A stretch of DNA of 64,000 bases from Patescibacteria group bacterium (GCA_038065555.1 JBBTQS010000004.1:65-64064); one strand, 5' to 3'; counted from the stretch's first letter, positions 38,518 through 49,362 are shown. Program-made: numbers and translations. The notes: generated from the sequence alone by a model not told the origin.

Positions 38518-39411
38518 ATGTACTCACAAATCGAAAGCAACAAACGTCGCACCTGGATCCTCATTGCACTGGTAATAGGATTGATCGTCGCGCTTGGATA
38601 CGGCACTGCTATTGTCAGTGGATACCAGCCGCAATTCACCATGACGATTGCCTTTGGAATCTCGCTCGTCCTTACTGCGATTAGTTATTTCGCAGGAGAC
38701 ACCGTCGCACTCTCCAGTGCTGGCGCAACGCAGATCGAAGCCAAAGACAATCCATACTACTACAAGATGGTAGAGAATCTCACCATCACTGCAGGCATGA
38801 AAACCATGCCGAAGTTGTATGTCATCGATGATCCAGCAATTAACGCATTCGCAACTGGACGTGATCCTGAGCACGCGTCAATTGCTGTGACCACAGGAGC
38901 ACTCACCAATCTCGAGAACGAAGAACTCGAAGGTGTCCTCGCACACGAACTTGCGCACATCCAGAACTACGACATTCGCATCATGACGATTGTTATTGTG
39001 CTCGTAGGTTCTATTGCGCTCATTGCTGACATGTTCCGCTATTCGCACTTCGCGCGTGGTGGTGGGGACAGCGATAGCAAAGGCAATCAGATCGCAATGA
39101 TCATTGCAGTTGTACTCATTATTCTCTCCCCGATCTTTGCGCAGCTCATTCAGTTGGCGATCTCACGCCGTCGCGAATATCTCGCCGATGCAACAGGATC
39201 AATGCTCACCCGCTACCCCGAAGGGCTCGCCAGCGCACTCGAAAAAATCCGAGACTTCAACCAGCCAATGCAGCACCGCAACCATGCGACAGCGCATCTC
39301 TACCTCGAGTCACCATTTCGCACACCAGAATCTCATTCTGTAGCCTCTTGGTTTGCTACACACCCACCTATCGACGACCGCATCAACATCTTGCGCACCA
39401 TGGGAAAATAG
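38518..39411 (+). CDS. htpX: zinc metalloprotease HtpX (M48)
   Basis: HELAHIQNYD HExxH motif with four TM helices. Adjacent to lemA as commonly seen. Confidence 0.85.
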   Translation: MYSQIESNKRRTWILIALVIGLIVALGYGTAIVSGYQPQFTMTIAFGISLVLTAISYFAGDTVALSSAGATQIEAKDNPYYYKMVENLTITAGMKTMPKLYVIDDPAINAFATGRDPEHASIAVTTGALTNLENEELEGVLAHELAHIQNYDIRIMTIVIVLVGSIALIADMFRYSHFARGGGDSDSKGNQIAMIIAVVLIILSPIFAQLIQLAISRRREYLADATGSMLTRYPEGLASALEKIRDFNQPMQHRNHATAHLYLESPFRTPESHSVASWFATHPPIDDRINILRTMGK

Positions 39412-39456
39412 GATACACTGCTTTTTCACCCATTGTGTATGCATTTGGTTGACCGC

Positions 39457-41937
39457 ATGACAACACATCTGCGCACATCCTTGCGTCAGGCAATGGCTAT
39501 AGCCACGCGTCAGGGATATGCACTCGTATACCCAGAACATCTACTCCTTGGGTTATTGAACACGCGCGGATCTATCGGATGCGAGCTCTTGCGCAAGTAC
39601 GGCGCAGACAAGAAATCTGTCCTCGCTGGAGCCCTGCGCCACCGCAAACACAAACTCATCAAACAAGTCCCTGCATTCTCCAAAGACGCGCGCCATTGCA
39701 TTGAGCGCGGATTTTTCATTGGATCCCAGCACCAGCATGTGCTCATCGGCACAGAGCATTTGCTTCTTGCGATGGTCGAGAACAACAACCCTGCCGTACT
39801 TGATGCAGTGAAGAAGTTGCGCGTAGATACCAAGGAAGTCTCATCCTATATCCACATGATCTTGCGCAGCACCAGCAAGTTCCAGGAGATCACCTCAGCA
39901 CTCACAAGCAACACCAATGTCGTTGCCGCAGCAGAGCACACGCACATCGGTGACTCAGGACTCATTGTTCCCACCGACGCCTCTGCAGTACCCAAGAAAA
40001 AACGCTCGCTCCAGACCCTCGAACAATTTGCACGCGAACTCACCAGCGCAAAGGCGCTCGAATCACTCGACCCAGTGATCGCGCGCGACGCAGAGGTAGA
40101 ACGCATGATTCAGATTTTGTGCCGCAAGACGAAGAACAACCCACTCCTCATCGGCGATCCAGGTGTAGGTAAGACTGCGATTGTAGAAGGACTCGCGCAG
40201 CGCATTGCCGCAGGACAGGTTCCGCCGATTCTTGAGCGCAAGCGAATTTTCTCATTGGACCTCTCACTCATGATTGCAGGCACTGTGTACCGCGGAGAAT
40301 TCGAGTCCCGCATCAAGCAACTCATGGAAGAAGTGAAGGCACATCCAGAGGTCATTCTCTTCATCGACGAAATCCACACCATCGTCGGAGCAGGCGCAAC
40401 ATCAGGATCACTCGATGCAGCCAACATGATCAAACCAGCGCTTGCGCGTGGTGAACTCCGCTGCATCGGCGCAACCACATACCAAGAATACAAGAAATAT
40501 ATCGAAGCTGATCCGGCATTTGATCGACGATTCGGCAAAATTACGATTGACGAGCCTAATGCTGCAGCAACACTTGAGATTCTCCAAGGCCTCAAGGGCG
40601 CGTACGAACAGTTCCACAACGTACTGATCACCGACGAAGCGCTTGCCATGGCCGTAGAGGGTGCAGCACGTCACATCCCTGATGCATTCTTCCCAGACAA
40701 GGCCATCGATCTCATTGATGAAGCATCTGCAGCAGCTGCAACCAAGCACCCCAAGAATCCAGCGATTGCAAAGCTCGCAGAAATCGATCAAGCAATCGAG
40801 GTCATCGACGCCAAGAAGCGCGACGCCGTGATGCAAGAAGATTACGAGCAAGCATTGCTCCTCAAATCCCACGAACAGGAGCTCCTCGCGCACCGTGAAG
40901 CGCTCACAACACGATCACGCCAGCGTGGAACAGCGCGCACCATTGATAGTAGCGATATTTTGCGCGTACTCACCGTTCGCACAGGTTCTCCTGTGGCAAT
41001 GGACGCAGTGCATCTGCCTACACGTGTTGGCAACATTCGCAGTGCACTCACGCAATCCATCATTGGCCAAGATGCTGCACGCACACGCATCGTGCAGGCA
41101 CTCGAAAAAGGCATTCTCGGGCTCCAGACACGCAAGCGCCCGCTTGCGGTATTGTTGTTTGTCGGACCATCCGGAACGGGCAAGACACACACCGCAAAGG
41201 CAATTGCTCGCGCAGTCTATGGCGAAGAGAAACACCTCATTACCATCGACATGTCCGAGTACCGCGAGTCCTACTCTATTTCCAAATTACTCGGCTCACC
41301 TGCTGGCTACGTTGGCTACCGTGAGCAAACCTCGCTCACCGATCGCATCCGCCGCGCACCACACAGCGTCCTCCTCTTCGATGAAATCGACAAAGCGCAT
41401 CCAGACGTACACAACCTCTTCCTCCAAATGGTGGACGAAGGTGCTATTACTGACGCAACAGGCCGACGCGTAGATCTCTCACGATCCATCATCGTCATGA
41501 CAGCCGCTGCAGGACCAGAAATGGCAGCAGCACCTCTGGGATTTGGCACCGCAAAATCCGGCGTTGCAGCAACAACTGCTCCTGACACGCACTACCAGAA
41601 TCGTCTCAAAGACTTGTTCCGCAGTGAATTCTTGTATCGTCTTGACGCGATCGTACCTTTTGTCGCACTTACTCGCGACGACTTGCGCGCGATTGCCAGC
41701 CGTGAGATCACCAAGTACATGGAACGCGTTGCGCACTTGGGATTTGCACTCACACTCGACGAAGATGTGCTTGATTGGATTGCAGACCGCGCCGCGAACT
41801 CGCCACAGATGGGCCGAACAGTGTATACTATCATCGAATCGGAAATTATTCCGATGCTTACATCGCGCATGCTGGAGGGCTCGGCGTCCAATGACCTGCG
41901 CGTCACGCGCACCGAGAACGCGTTGTCCCTCGCATAG
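39457..41937 (+). CDS. clpC: ATP-dependent Clp protease ATP-binding subunit ClpC/ClpA-type (two AAA+ modules)
   Basis: Clp_N repeat; Walker A GDPGVGKTAI and GPSGTGKTH; sensor regions; IDMSEY...GYVGY. Start at MTTHL. Confidence 0.88.
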   Translation: MTTHLRTSLRQAMAIATRQGYALVYPEHLLLGLLNTRGSIGCELLRKYGADKKSVLAGALRHRKHKLIKQVPAFSKDARHCIERGFFIGSQHQHVLIGTEHLLLAMVENNNPAVLDAVKKLRVDTKEVSSYIHMILRSTSKFQEITSALTSNTNVVAAAEHTHIGDSGLIVPTDASAVPKKKRSLQTLEQFARELTSAKALESLDPVIARDAEVERMIQILCRKTKNNPLLIGDPGVGKTAIVEGLAQRIAAGQVPPILERKRIFSLDLSLMIAGTVYRGEFESRIKQLMEEVKAHPEVILFIDEIHTIVGAGATSGSLDAANMIKPALARGELRCIGATTYQEYKKYIEADPAFDRRFGKITIDEPNAAATLEILQGLKGAYEQFHNVLITDEALAMAVEGAARHIPDAFFPDKAIDLIDEASAAAATKHPKNPAIAKLAEIDQAIEVIDAKKRDAVMQEDYEQALLLKSHEQELLAHREALTTRSRQRGTARTIDSSDILRVLTVRTGSPVAMDAVHLPTRVGNIRSALTQSIIGQDAARTRIVQALEKGILGLQTRKRPLAVLLFVGPSGTGKTHTAKAIARAVYGEEKHLITIDMSEYRESYSISKLLGSPAGYVGYREQTSLTDRIRRAPHSVLLFDEIDKAHPDVHNLFLQMVDEGAITDATGRRVDLSRSIIVMTAAAGPEMAAAPLGFGTAKSGVAATTAPDTHYQNRLKDLFRSEFLYRLDAIVPFVALTRDDLRAIASREITKYMERVAHLGFALTLDEDVLDWIADRAANSPQMGRTVYTIIESEIIPMLTSRMLEGSASNDLRVTRTENALSLA

Positions 41938-41966
41938 CCCCTGCGCGAACGCTTTTTACGTTCGGT

Positions 41967-43208
41967 ATGGACAAACGAAAACTGTTGGCCCTCATCGGCC
42001 TCATTGTGGTTACGATCGGACTTGCGATCGGAATCTACTTTGTTTTTTTCCGCAGCGCACCTGCACCAACACCCACTGACGTCACAACACCGGGTGGCGG
42101 TGGACAACTGCTCGGCGCAGATGGTGAGCGTATTCCAGGTACTGGTGTAACAACTACACCTGATGGCGGCCCACAAGGCATTGGCACAGAACCAGGTGGA
42201 GCATCCCCAATCGCCGATGGTGGAATCACTCGCGTACGCCAGCTCGTTCCATCAGGCACAGCCAATATCACTGTCGAAGGCAACTCCGGAACCGTCCAGT
42301 ACTACGACACCGACACCGGACTTTTTCACAAAATTCTTGCAGACGGAACCAACGTTGTGCTCAATGACGAAGCTCCTTTTCCAAATGCCAAAGACGTGAA
42401 CTGGAGCAACGCCACAGACAAAGCGATCATCGAATTCCCCGATGGCGCAAATGTGCTCTACAACTTCGAGACCAAGCAACAAGTCACACTCCCATCGCAC
42501 TGGGCAGAATTTGAGTTCTCCCCGAATGATTCTCAGATCGCAGCAAAGAAATTGAGCATTGATCCAAGTAGCCGCTACCTCGTAATCGCGTCCCCAGATG
42601 GCACCTCAGCAAAAAACGTAGTTGCACTGGGACAGAACGCCAACAAAGTACAAGTTTCGTGGTCACCAAACGACCAAATGGTCGCCTTTTCGCAAACAGG
42701 CAGAGCGATTGGATTGGGTCGTGAGCAAGTGCTTGTCGTCGGCAAAAACAACGAGAACTTCAAAGCACTCACCGTAGAAGGACTCGGATTCAAGCCGAAG
42801 TGGTCGCCACAAGGTGACATTCTCCTCTACAGCAGCTTCCGCCAAGCAAACAATCTTGCGCCTGAGTTGTGGGTTGTACGCGGCACTGCAGATCGCCTGG
42901 GCGAAGATCGCCAACCACTCGGTCTCTCCACCTGGGTCGAGAAATGTACCTTTGCCAACAACACAACACTCTACTGCGCCGTTCCAGATCCTGATCGCCT
43001 CCCCTATGGCATTGGATTCCAGCTCGCACTTGCAACCAACACCGATGATTCGATTTACAAAGTTGATCTCGAGACAGGACGCACCACACTTGTGGGCAAA
43101 CCTGAAGGATCATTCACGATTGATTCGCTCCGTGTAGCACCTGATGAATCAGCAGTGTACTTCACTGATCGCATCACTGGTTCGTTGCAGCAAATGCAAC
43201 TGCAATAA
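41967..43208 (+). CDS. membrane-anchored beta-propeller (TolB/PD40-like) protein
   Basis: N-terminal TM, Gly/Pro-rich linker, PD40-like repeats SWSPNDQMVAF / KWSPQGDILLY. Confidence 0.65.
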   Translation: MDKRKLLALIGLIVVTIGLAIGIYFVFFRSAPAPTPTDVTTPGGGGQLLGADGERIPGTGVTTTPDGGPQGIGTEPGGASPIADGGITRVRQLVPSGTANITVEGNSGTVQYYDTDTGLFHKILADGTNVVLNDEAPFPNAKDVNWSNATDKAIIEFPDGANVLYNFETKQQVTLPSHWAEFEFSPNDSQIAAKKLSIDPSSRYLVIASPDGTSAKNVVALGQNANKVQVSWSPNDQMVAFSQTGRAIGLGREQVLVVGKNNENFKALTVEGLGFKPKWSPQGDILLYSSFRQANNLAPELWVVRGTADRLGEDRQPLGLSTWVEKCTFANNTTLYCAVPDPDRLPYGIGFQLALATNTDDSIYKVDLETGRTTLVGKPEGSFTIDSLRVAPDESAVYFTDRITGSLQQMQLQ

Positions 43209-43214
43209 CGACGT

Positions 43215-43865
43215 ATGTCAGACCACGGCAAAGCACTTGTCATCACTGCGCTACTCCTTGCCGCACTCACGGTGGTTGGTTGGGGTGCGTACTCGTTGTC
43301 ACGTCCCAAGCCGGCTGATCTTCGTCCTCGCGCCAACTACCTGACGACCGCACCACCTGTGCTCCCCACTGATCCAACCATGGGACCAGCAACTGCAAAG
43401 GTAACAATCATTGCATTCATGGATCTTGGATGCGGGCCGTGCGCCCGTGCGATGACCATTCTCCAAGACGTACATCAGCGCATGCCAGAAGTTCGTATCG
43501 TGTGGAAGGACGTACCTGAGCATGGTGAGAGTATCCCAGGATTTATGACTGCACACATTGGCGCACGTTGCGCAGATCGCTCTGGCAAATTCTGGGACTA
43601 CGCCGCAGAGTTCTTCTCCCGCCAGGATGAAGTTCATACGTTCAACCACGCCGCACTTGCAACACAACTCGGACTCCCACTCGACGCATTCAACAAATGT
43701 CTCACGTCCGAAGGTGCATCTGCCGCTATCCAAACCAATATCTTGCAAGCACGCGAGCGCGGCATATTCTCCACACCATACTTCTTCATCAATAATCGTC
43801 GTGTTGATGGTGTAGTACCAACAGCAACCATGCTCAAATACATTATTGACGAACGTCGCAAGTAA
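43215..43865 (+). CDS. DsbA-family thiol:disulfide oxidoreductase (membrane-anchored)
   Basis: CGPC active site within a thioredoxin fold; N-terminal TM. Confidence 0.8.
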   Translation: MSDHGKALVITALLLAALTVVGWGAYSLSRPKPADLRPRANYLTTAPPVLPTDPTMGPATAKVTIIAFMDLGCGPCARAMTILQDVHQRMPEVRIVWKDVPEHGESIPGFMTAHIGARCADRSGKFWDYAAEFFSRQDEVHTFNHAALATQLGLPLDAFNKCLTSEGASAAIQTNILQARERGIFSTPYFFINNRRVDGVVPTATMLKYIIDERRK

Positions 43866-43867
43866 GT

Positions 43868-45685
43868 ATGTTCAACCGTCTTGGAATCATTCTTGCCACT
43901 CTCGCACTTCTCCTGAGCGCCTCACCTGCGCCTGTATTTGCTATTACCGACGATGCGCTTACCGGCTCCACTGATGCAGCAAGTCCTACTGGATGCACGT
44001 GCACAGGTGCGCTGACCATCAGTTCAGGTGGCAAAGTCGCTGCAGGTCTTGCAGGATACGACCTCCCCAAAGTTTGTTCACAAGCTGCAGGAACCTACAA
44101 AGACGACACCTGCTCCAATCTCAAAGCCATCATCACAGCAGCAGACGCCGACGCCTGCACCAAGACAACAGTAGATGAGCTCATGGCAACCTATGGCATT
44201 CCACAGTTTGCCAAATCATACGTAACGGTTGTCGGGAGCTGTAGCTGGGGACCAGTGAGTGCGACTGTCGAAGCTCAAGCACCTGCTGTTACTGCTGTTG
44301 GCCAGCAAATGAGCGGCCAAAAAGAAGTAGAAGCCGAAAAAGAAAAACTCCCACCCAAAGCAATCAAACCAACACTTTCCATCGACATTCCAACAGTCTC
44401 CTTCACTGACCCCGAAGACTTGTCCTTGGTCGAAGATGCCAACGGTTCCAAATTTGTCATTCCGTATATTGGTCAGTATATCAACGGTGTATTTGAATAC
44501 GCTGTCGGACTCCTGGCATTTATTGCCGTCATGACCATTGTTGTTGCTGGACTCATGTGGGCAACTGCAGGAGGTAATGCGTCTCGCATCAGTAGTGCAA
44601 AAGAAGCGATCGGCCGCGCATTCATTGGTCTAGGAATTCTGCTCGGATCGTACACTATTTTGTACATTATTGACCCCAACTTGACGCAGTTGGGCCCCAT
44701 CAGTCTCAACGTGGTAGAGACCGAAGAATTCGAACTCAAGCAATTCGACAAATACGTCGCCGAGCCTAGTAACCCCGCGGACAAGGAACCAGGTGACGAA
44801 TCTACCCAAGGCGGCGCCGTTGCTTCCCCTGCAACAAAGCTGCTTACTGGTGCTGCAACTGGCGAGACCCAACGAGGTCGCTGTCAGATTGTGAACCTCC
44901 AGAACTTCCCGAAGTTCGACATCAACGCATTTGGTGATGGCAGCAATGGCAAATGTTTGTTACAAGAATTTGCGCCAACAATCGGGCAGTCCACTGCATT
45001 TGAAGGTCAGTATCTCACCAACACCACATTCCTAGGACGCACCGTCAAAGTACACAAAAAAGCAGCAGCTTCACTTCAAAAAGTCGAAGCGGAGATCAAA
45101 TCAATTCCATCACCTATTGTGAAAAAGTGGGTCGCAAGTTTCACCACACAAGGTGCGTACGTACAATACGCAGACAAAATGGAGAAGCTCTACGCACAGT
45201 GCGACAAGCCAGGTGCAAAAACGTGGGTAGTAACAAGCTCAAGTGGCGCTACAAAAGCACGCCTCTTCACCCGCATCCTCAAAAACTTGCACGGCAACCA
45301 CAGCGACGTCTTGCGTGGTGACTTGCACAGCCTCGGACTAGCCATCGACATGTACGCACCGCAAAACCCTGACTATCGACCAATCATCACCAACATTCCA
45401 CAACAAGTTGTGGATGCATTTCGCAGAAATGGCTGGTCATGGCTCGGTGCAACAGACCGACGTGACGCAATGCACTTCCAATATTTTGGTTCAACTTGTT
45501 TCTCAGGTCTTGGTACTGCATACCCAACCGGCACAGGCTGCTGCATCAATCAATGGCCAACCAAATCCAAGGCAACCGGCAAGTTCTCGGGCTGTATGGC
45601 AGCAGGTGGTGTAGCAACTTCCTACACTGAGTGTATGGGCGCGAATGGAAAGGCTGGTAATGGCTGGGTAGCTCAAAACCCATGA
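43868..45685 (+). CDS. secreted Cys-rich protein with central two-TM hairpin and C-terminal LAS/M15-type zinc peptidase domain
   Basis: Signal peptide ...PVFA-IT and ~7 Cys in the N-domain. Conserved block IPYIGQYINGVFEYAVGLLAFIAVMTIVVAGLMWATAGGNASRISSAKEAIGRAFIGLGILLGSYTILYIIDP. C-terminus carries HSLGLAID and DAMHFQY (H..G.A.D / D..H peptidoglycan-hydrolase zinc site). Confidence 0.7.
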   Translation: MFNRLGIILATLALLLSASPAPVFAITDDALTGSTDAASPTGCTCTGALTISSGGKVAAGLAGYDLPKVCSQAAGTYKDDTCSNLKAIITAADADACTKTTVDELMATYGIPQFAKSYVTVVGSCSWGPVSATVEAQAPAVTAVGQQMSGQKEVEAEKEKLPPKAIKPTLSIDIPTVSFTDPEDLSLVEDANGSKFVIPYIGQYINGVFEYAVGLLAFIAVMTIVVAGLMWATAGGNASRISSAKEAIGRAFIGLGILLGSYTILYIIDPNLTQLGPISLNVVETEEFELKQFDKYVAEPSNPADKEPGDESTQGGAVASPATKLLTGAATGETQRGRCQIVNLQNFPKFDINAFGDGSNGKCLLQEFAPTIGQSTAFEGQYLTNTTFLGRTVKVHKKAAASLQKVEAEIKSIPSPIVKKWVASFTTQGAYVQYADKMEKLYAQCDKPGAKTWVVTSSSGATKARLFTRILKNLHGNHSDVLRGDLHSLGLAIDMYAPQNPDYRPIITNIPQQVVDAFRRNGWSWLGATDRRDAMHFQYFGSTCFSGLGTAYPTGTGCCINQWPTKSKATGKFSGCMAAGGVATSYTECMGANGKAGNGWVAQNP

Positions 45686-47553
45686 TGCGCTCTTTCCTTG
45701 CAATAATCATCGGCCTTGCGATCTTTCTCCCTGCGTCCACACACGCAGCAGTCAAATGCACCGTAACTGAGGACTGCAATCCAGGCACGACCAACACAAT
45801 GTGCGTGTACACGAAGTTCGACCCTGCTTCCAAGCAGTTCGACACCGCAAGTGGCATGTGTCTCTCAGGGTCCGCAGTCAGCAGCATGCCTGATTGCGAT
45901 TTTGCTGGCATACAAATCTGCTCAACACAAAAAGCAAGCACCTGCGTTGGTATTATCTCCCAAGTAGGCAAGCAGCCAGCGAGTGGCGACACCGCATGTC
46001 TGCCTACAGAACTCATCATCGTTACCGACACCGCTGAAAAACTCCAACAAAACTCTGCTGCCGCCCAAGAAACAATCCTCGCAGCAACCATCAACTACGA
46101 ACAGGAGAAAGAGGCAATCGAAGCAACGTATCAATCGGTCGTCACCAATCCCCAAGCAACAGAACAACAAAAAATTGACGCACTCGTCGCACGCGAACAA
46201 GCGCTCAAGAACGCTGCGATCGAACACAGTGTCGTTATTGGAGCCATTTCCAAAACACTCAAGGAATCGACTGACGCAGCACTGAGCGAAGGTGCACTCG
46301 CTGTAGCTGGCGCAACGCAGCCAACCTCAGACTTGCCACTTCCTGCAACACTCAACGTGCCTATCCCAGGCGTAGTGTTCAGCAACCCAGCAGATATTGC
46401 AGGACGTGACGACGCTGGTGGGCGACTGAGTATCCCCTATATCGGACAATACATTGCTGGTGTCTTCCAATACTCACTCTACGTACTCGCAGGGCTCGCA
46501 GTGTTTGTAATCATATTCGCTGGCGTGCGCTGGATCCTCGCGCGTGGAAATGCATCGGAAATCAAAGATGCGAAGGAAATGATCACCGGATCGTTCATCG
46601 GCCTCATGATCGCATTGCTTTCCTACAGCATGTTGCAAATTATTGATCCTCGGCTCACAACACTCTCCCCCATAGGCCTCGCGCAAATTGAAGCAACTGA
46701 ATTCAAGTTCGAGCTCTCCGCACAAGTCTACCAACAAGTCACTGGCGGCAAACCACTCGATCTCTCCTCTGGTGGGAGAGCACAAAACGCTGCAACAGCA
46801 GCAACGGCAGCGCAAAACCTCGGCATACCACCTTGCCTTGCACAGGTTATCGTAAAACATGAATCAGGTGGCAACCCCGCAGTCATTGGACACGACGAGA
46901 ACTACTGCGGCCCTAACTATGTTGGCTCACGCTTCGCCTTCCTTCGCACAGAAAAAACATACAAAGGCGTTGCATTCGAGAGCACTATCCCATCCCTCAT
47001 TCCACCGTCCTCCGACAAGAGCCCGCAAGCCAAGGCTCTGCGCAAAAAAATCAGTTGTGAATCACACAAGAACGACGATGGCGGCAAGAATATCGATGCT
47101 ACCACATTTGTTCCACCTGATTTTGGACTGGACTGGAGATTTACCCACGGCTTTGGGTTGGGACAGGTAACATTTGGAGATGGACACTACTGCAATGTGA
47201 ACGGTCAACAAGTACGCGGTATCAAGATCAAAGGACTTAATAATCGCTGTGTCACGGTGCCAGAATTGATTTCCGTGGACACCGCAGTCGAAGCTATGGC
47301 TGGCCGCCTCCTCTCGTGGTATAAAAAGGCTGGTGGCGTACCAGGCACTCCGCAGAACCAAGTACCAGAATCAGTCATTCGCCTCACCTTCGCGCACTAT
47401 GGCAAAGGTAACGACCCAGGAGATCTCTATCGAGACTCCGTGAATGGTCGCGTCAAACACTATCTCGAATGTGTCAAAGGAACAGGCTCAAGCGCTCCTG
47501 AGACCTCAACGGGCGAAAAACTTTCTGACGGATTGCCCGCTGCCGAAGAATAA
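45682..47553 (+). CDS. paralog: secreted Cys-rich protein with two-TM hairpin and C-terminal lytic transglycosylase (SLT) domain
   Basis: Same architecture: IPYIGQYIAGVFQYSLYVLAGLAVFVIIFAGVRWILARGNASEIKDAKEMITGSFIGLMIALLSYSMLQIIDP. C-terminus has AQVIVKHESGGNPAVIGHDEN (SLT catalytic Glu-Ser motif). Confidence 0.7.
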   Translation: MMRSFLAIIIGLAIFLPASTHAAVKCTVTEDCNPGTTNTMCVYTKFDPASKQFDTASGMCLSGSAVSSMPDCDFAGIQICSTQKASTCVGIISQVGKQPASGDTACLPTELIIVTDTAEKLQQNSAAAQETILAATINYEQEKEAIEATYQSVVTNPQATEQQKIDALVAREQALKNAAIEHSVVIGAISKTLKESTDAALSEGALAVAGATQPTSDLPLPATLNVPIPGVVFSNPADIAGRDDAGGRLSIPYIGQYIAGVFQYSLYVLAGLAVFVIIFAGVRWILARGNASEIKDAKEMITGSFIGLMIALLSYSMLQIIDPRLTTLSPIGLAQIEATEFKFELSAQVYQQVTGGKPLDLSSGGRAQNAATAATAAQNLGIPPCLAQVIVKHESGGNPAVIGHDENYCGPNYVGSRFAFLRTEKTYKGVAFESTIPSLIPPSSDKSPQAKALRKKISCESHKNDDGGKNIDATTFVPPDFGLDWRFTHGFGLGQVTFGDGHYCNVNGQQVRGIKIKGLNNRCVTVPELISVDTAVEAMAGRLLSWYKKAGGVPGTPQNQVPESVIRLTFAHYGKGNDPGDLYRDSVNGRVKHYLECVKGTGSSAPETSTGEKLSDGLPAAEE

Positions 47554-47564
47554 TCTCTCTCGGT

Positions 47565-48929
47565 ATGAAAACTCCTTCTCGCGTATACACGTGTAGCAAC
47601 TGCGACGCGCAATCTTCGAAATGGTCTGGCCGCTGTGAACAGTGCGGTAAGTGGGGCACAATCGATCCCGAAGGATCCATGCCCACAGCCGCAGCAAAAG
47701 CTGGCGCCAACATCAATGCTCCTGCGCGCACTCCGGTATCACTCGCATCTGTTGATCCCAATCGCGCCGCACCAGAGCGCATCCGTACGGCTATCGTTCC
47801 TGTTGACGCGGTGCTGGGCGGCGGATTCGTCCCCGGCTCTCTTGTGCTCCTTGGTGGTGACCCCGGCGTAGGCAAATCTACGCTCTCGCTCCACGTAGCG
47901 TCACACGTTCCACGCACACTCTACGTCTCAGGTGAAGAATCCATCGAGCAAGTGCGTCTGCGCGCTCTGCGCCTCGATAGCAACGACGTACTCGCCCTGC
48001 ACGAAACCAACTGTGACACGATTCTCACAACACTCATCAAGGAAAAACCGGCACTCGCCATCATCGACTCCATCCAGACCATCACCACAGCATCTGCAGA
48101 AGGTGGCGCAGGATCAGTCGGCCAAATCCGCGCGTGCACAACACAACTCCTCCACGTTGCAAAACAGCACAACATTGCAGTACTCCTCATCGGACACGTA
48201 ACAAAGGATGGTTCTGTGGCTGGCCCAAAGACACTCGAGCACCTTGTTGACGCCGTACTCTATCTCGAAGGCGACGATCAGCATTCCATGCGCATTCTGC
48301 GCGCCGTGAAGAACCGATTCGGCTCTACAGACGAGATCGGGATTTTCTCTATGGACGCAAATGGTCTCACGCCGACCAATGCGGCATCGAGCGCCTTCCT
48401 CTCCCCTGACCGCGTACATGTTCCAGGATCTATTGTGACTGTGCTCATGGATGGCAAACAACCTCTGCTCGTCGAAGTCCAAGCACTCACCACGCGCACT
48501 ACATTTGGCTATCCACAACGCCGTGCAAGCGGGTTCGACCTCAATCGCCTCCAAGTACTCATCGCAGTACTCACGACGCGCGCGGGGCTCCCGCTAGGAC
48601 AATATGATGTATTCGTGAATGTTGTTGGTGGAGTGAAGGTAACAGAGCCTGGCGCAGATCTAGCCATTGCTGCAGCCATCGTGAGCAGTATGCGCAATGT
48701 AGCGTGGTCTGCAGGCACTGTCGCCTTTGGCGAAGTGGGACTTGGTGGAGAGGTTCGTCCTGTTCGTGCGCTCGATCGTCGCGTACAAGAATCACTCATC
48801 CTCGGATTCTCCACCTGTATCACTCCCAAATTCCCTGGCGCAACTACGGCAACAGTCACCACGGTGCGTGATCTCGTTGGCGTACTTGATGCACGCACAT
48901 CCTCCGAGGCACAAGAGGCATTCGAATAG
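47565..48929 (+). CDS. radA: DNA repair protein RadA/Sms
   Basis: N-terminal C4 zinc finger CSNCDAQSSKWSGRCEQCGKW, RecA-like Walker A GDPGVGKST, KNRFG motif, Lon-like C-terminus. Confidence 0.92.
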   Translation: MKTPSRVYTCSNCDAQSSKWSGRCEQCGKWGTIDPEGSMPTAAAKAGANINAPARTPVSLASVDPNRAAPERIRTAIVPVDAVLGGGFVPGSLVLLGGDPGVGKSTLSLHVASHVPRTLYVSGEESIEQVRLRALRLDSNDVLALHETNCDTILTTLIKEKPALAIIDSIQTITTASAEGGAGSVGQIRACTTQLLHVAKQHNIAVLLIGHVTKDGSVAGPKTLEHLVDAVLYLEGDDQHSMRILRAVKNRFGSTDEIGIFSMDANGLTPTNAASSAFLSPDRVHVPGSIVTVLMDGKQPLLVEVQALTTRTTFGYPQRRASGFDLNRLQVLIAVLTTRAGLPLGQYDVFVNVVGGVKVTEPGADLAIAAAIVSSMRNVAWSAGTVAFGEVGLGGEVRPVRALDRRVQESLILGFSTCITPKFPGATTATVTTVRDLVGVLDARTSSEAQEAFE

Positions 48930-49362
48930 CAATACAAAAAAGAAAGTCGAGTAGATTGCAGTTGCAATATACTCGACTAAGCGACGATCGGCCGCGTCCT
49001 TGCGACGCGTTGTTGGCGTTGATCACCGCCGAGCGATCACACCGACCGCGACCCGCGCGCTGACCGGCTGTACGACCGGCGCGCGCAACCGCACGATGAG
49101 GTGGCTCTTGACGATATGTGCGCGACAGAGCGTCGCGCCAGGTGGGAGTGTGCACAGGCACTCTGTGCATCCGGGCCACGCGCACCGGCCGTCCGGTCGA
49201 CGTTCGAACGTCGTCGGGACCTGTACGCGATCGAGTCGAACGGGAGAACAACAACTGCAACCAGGCACCTCGTGATTTTTGTACATCAGACGCTCCTTCT
49301 CGCGATACGTTACTCGCGATTGCCTAGCACCATAGCACATTTCAGCGCATTTGTCAACACAC

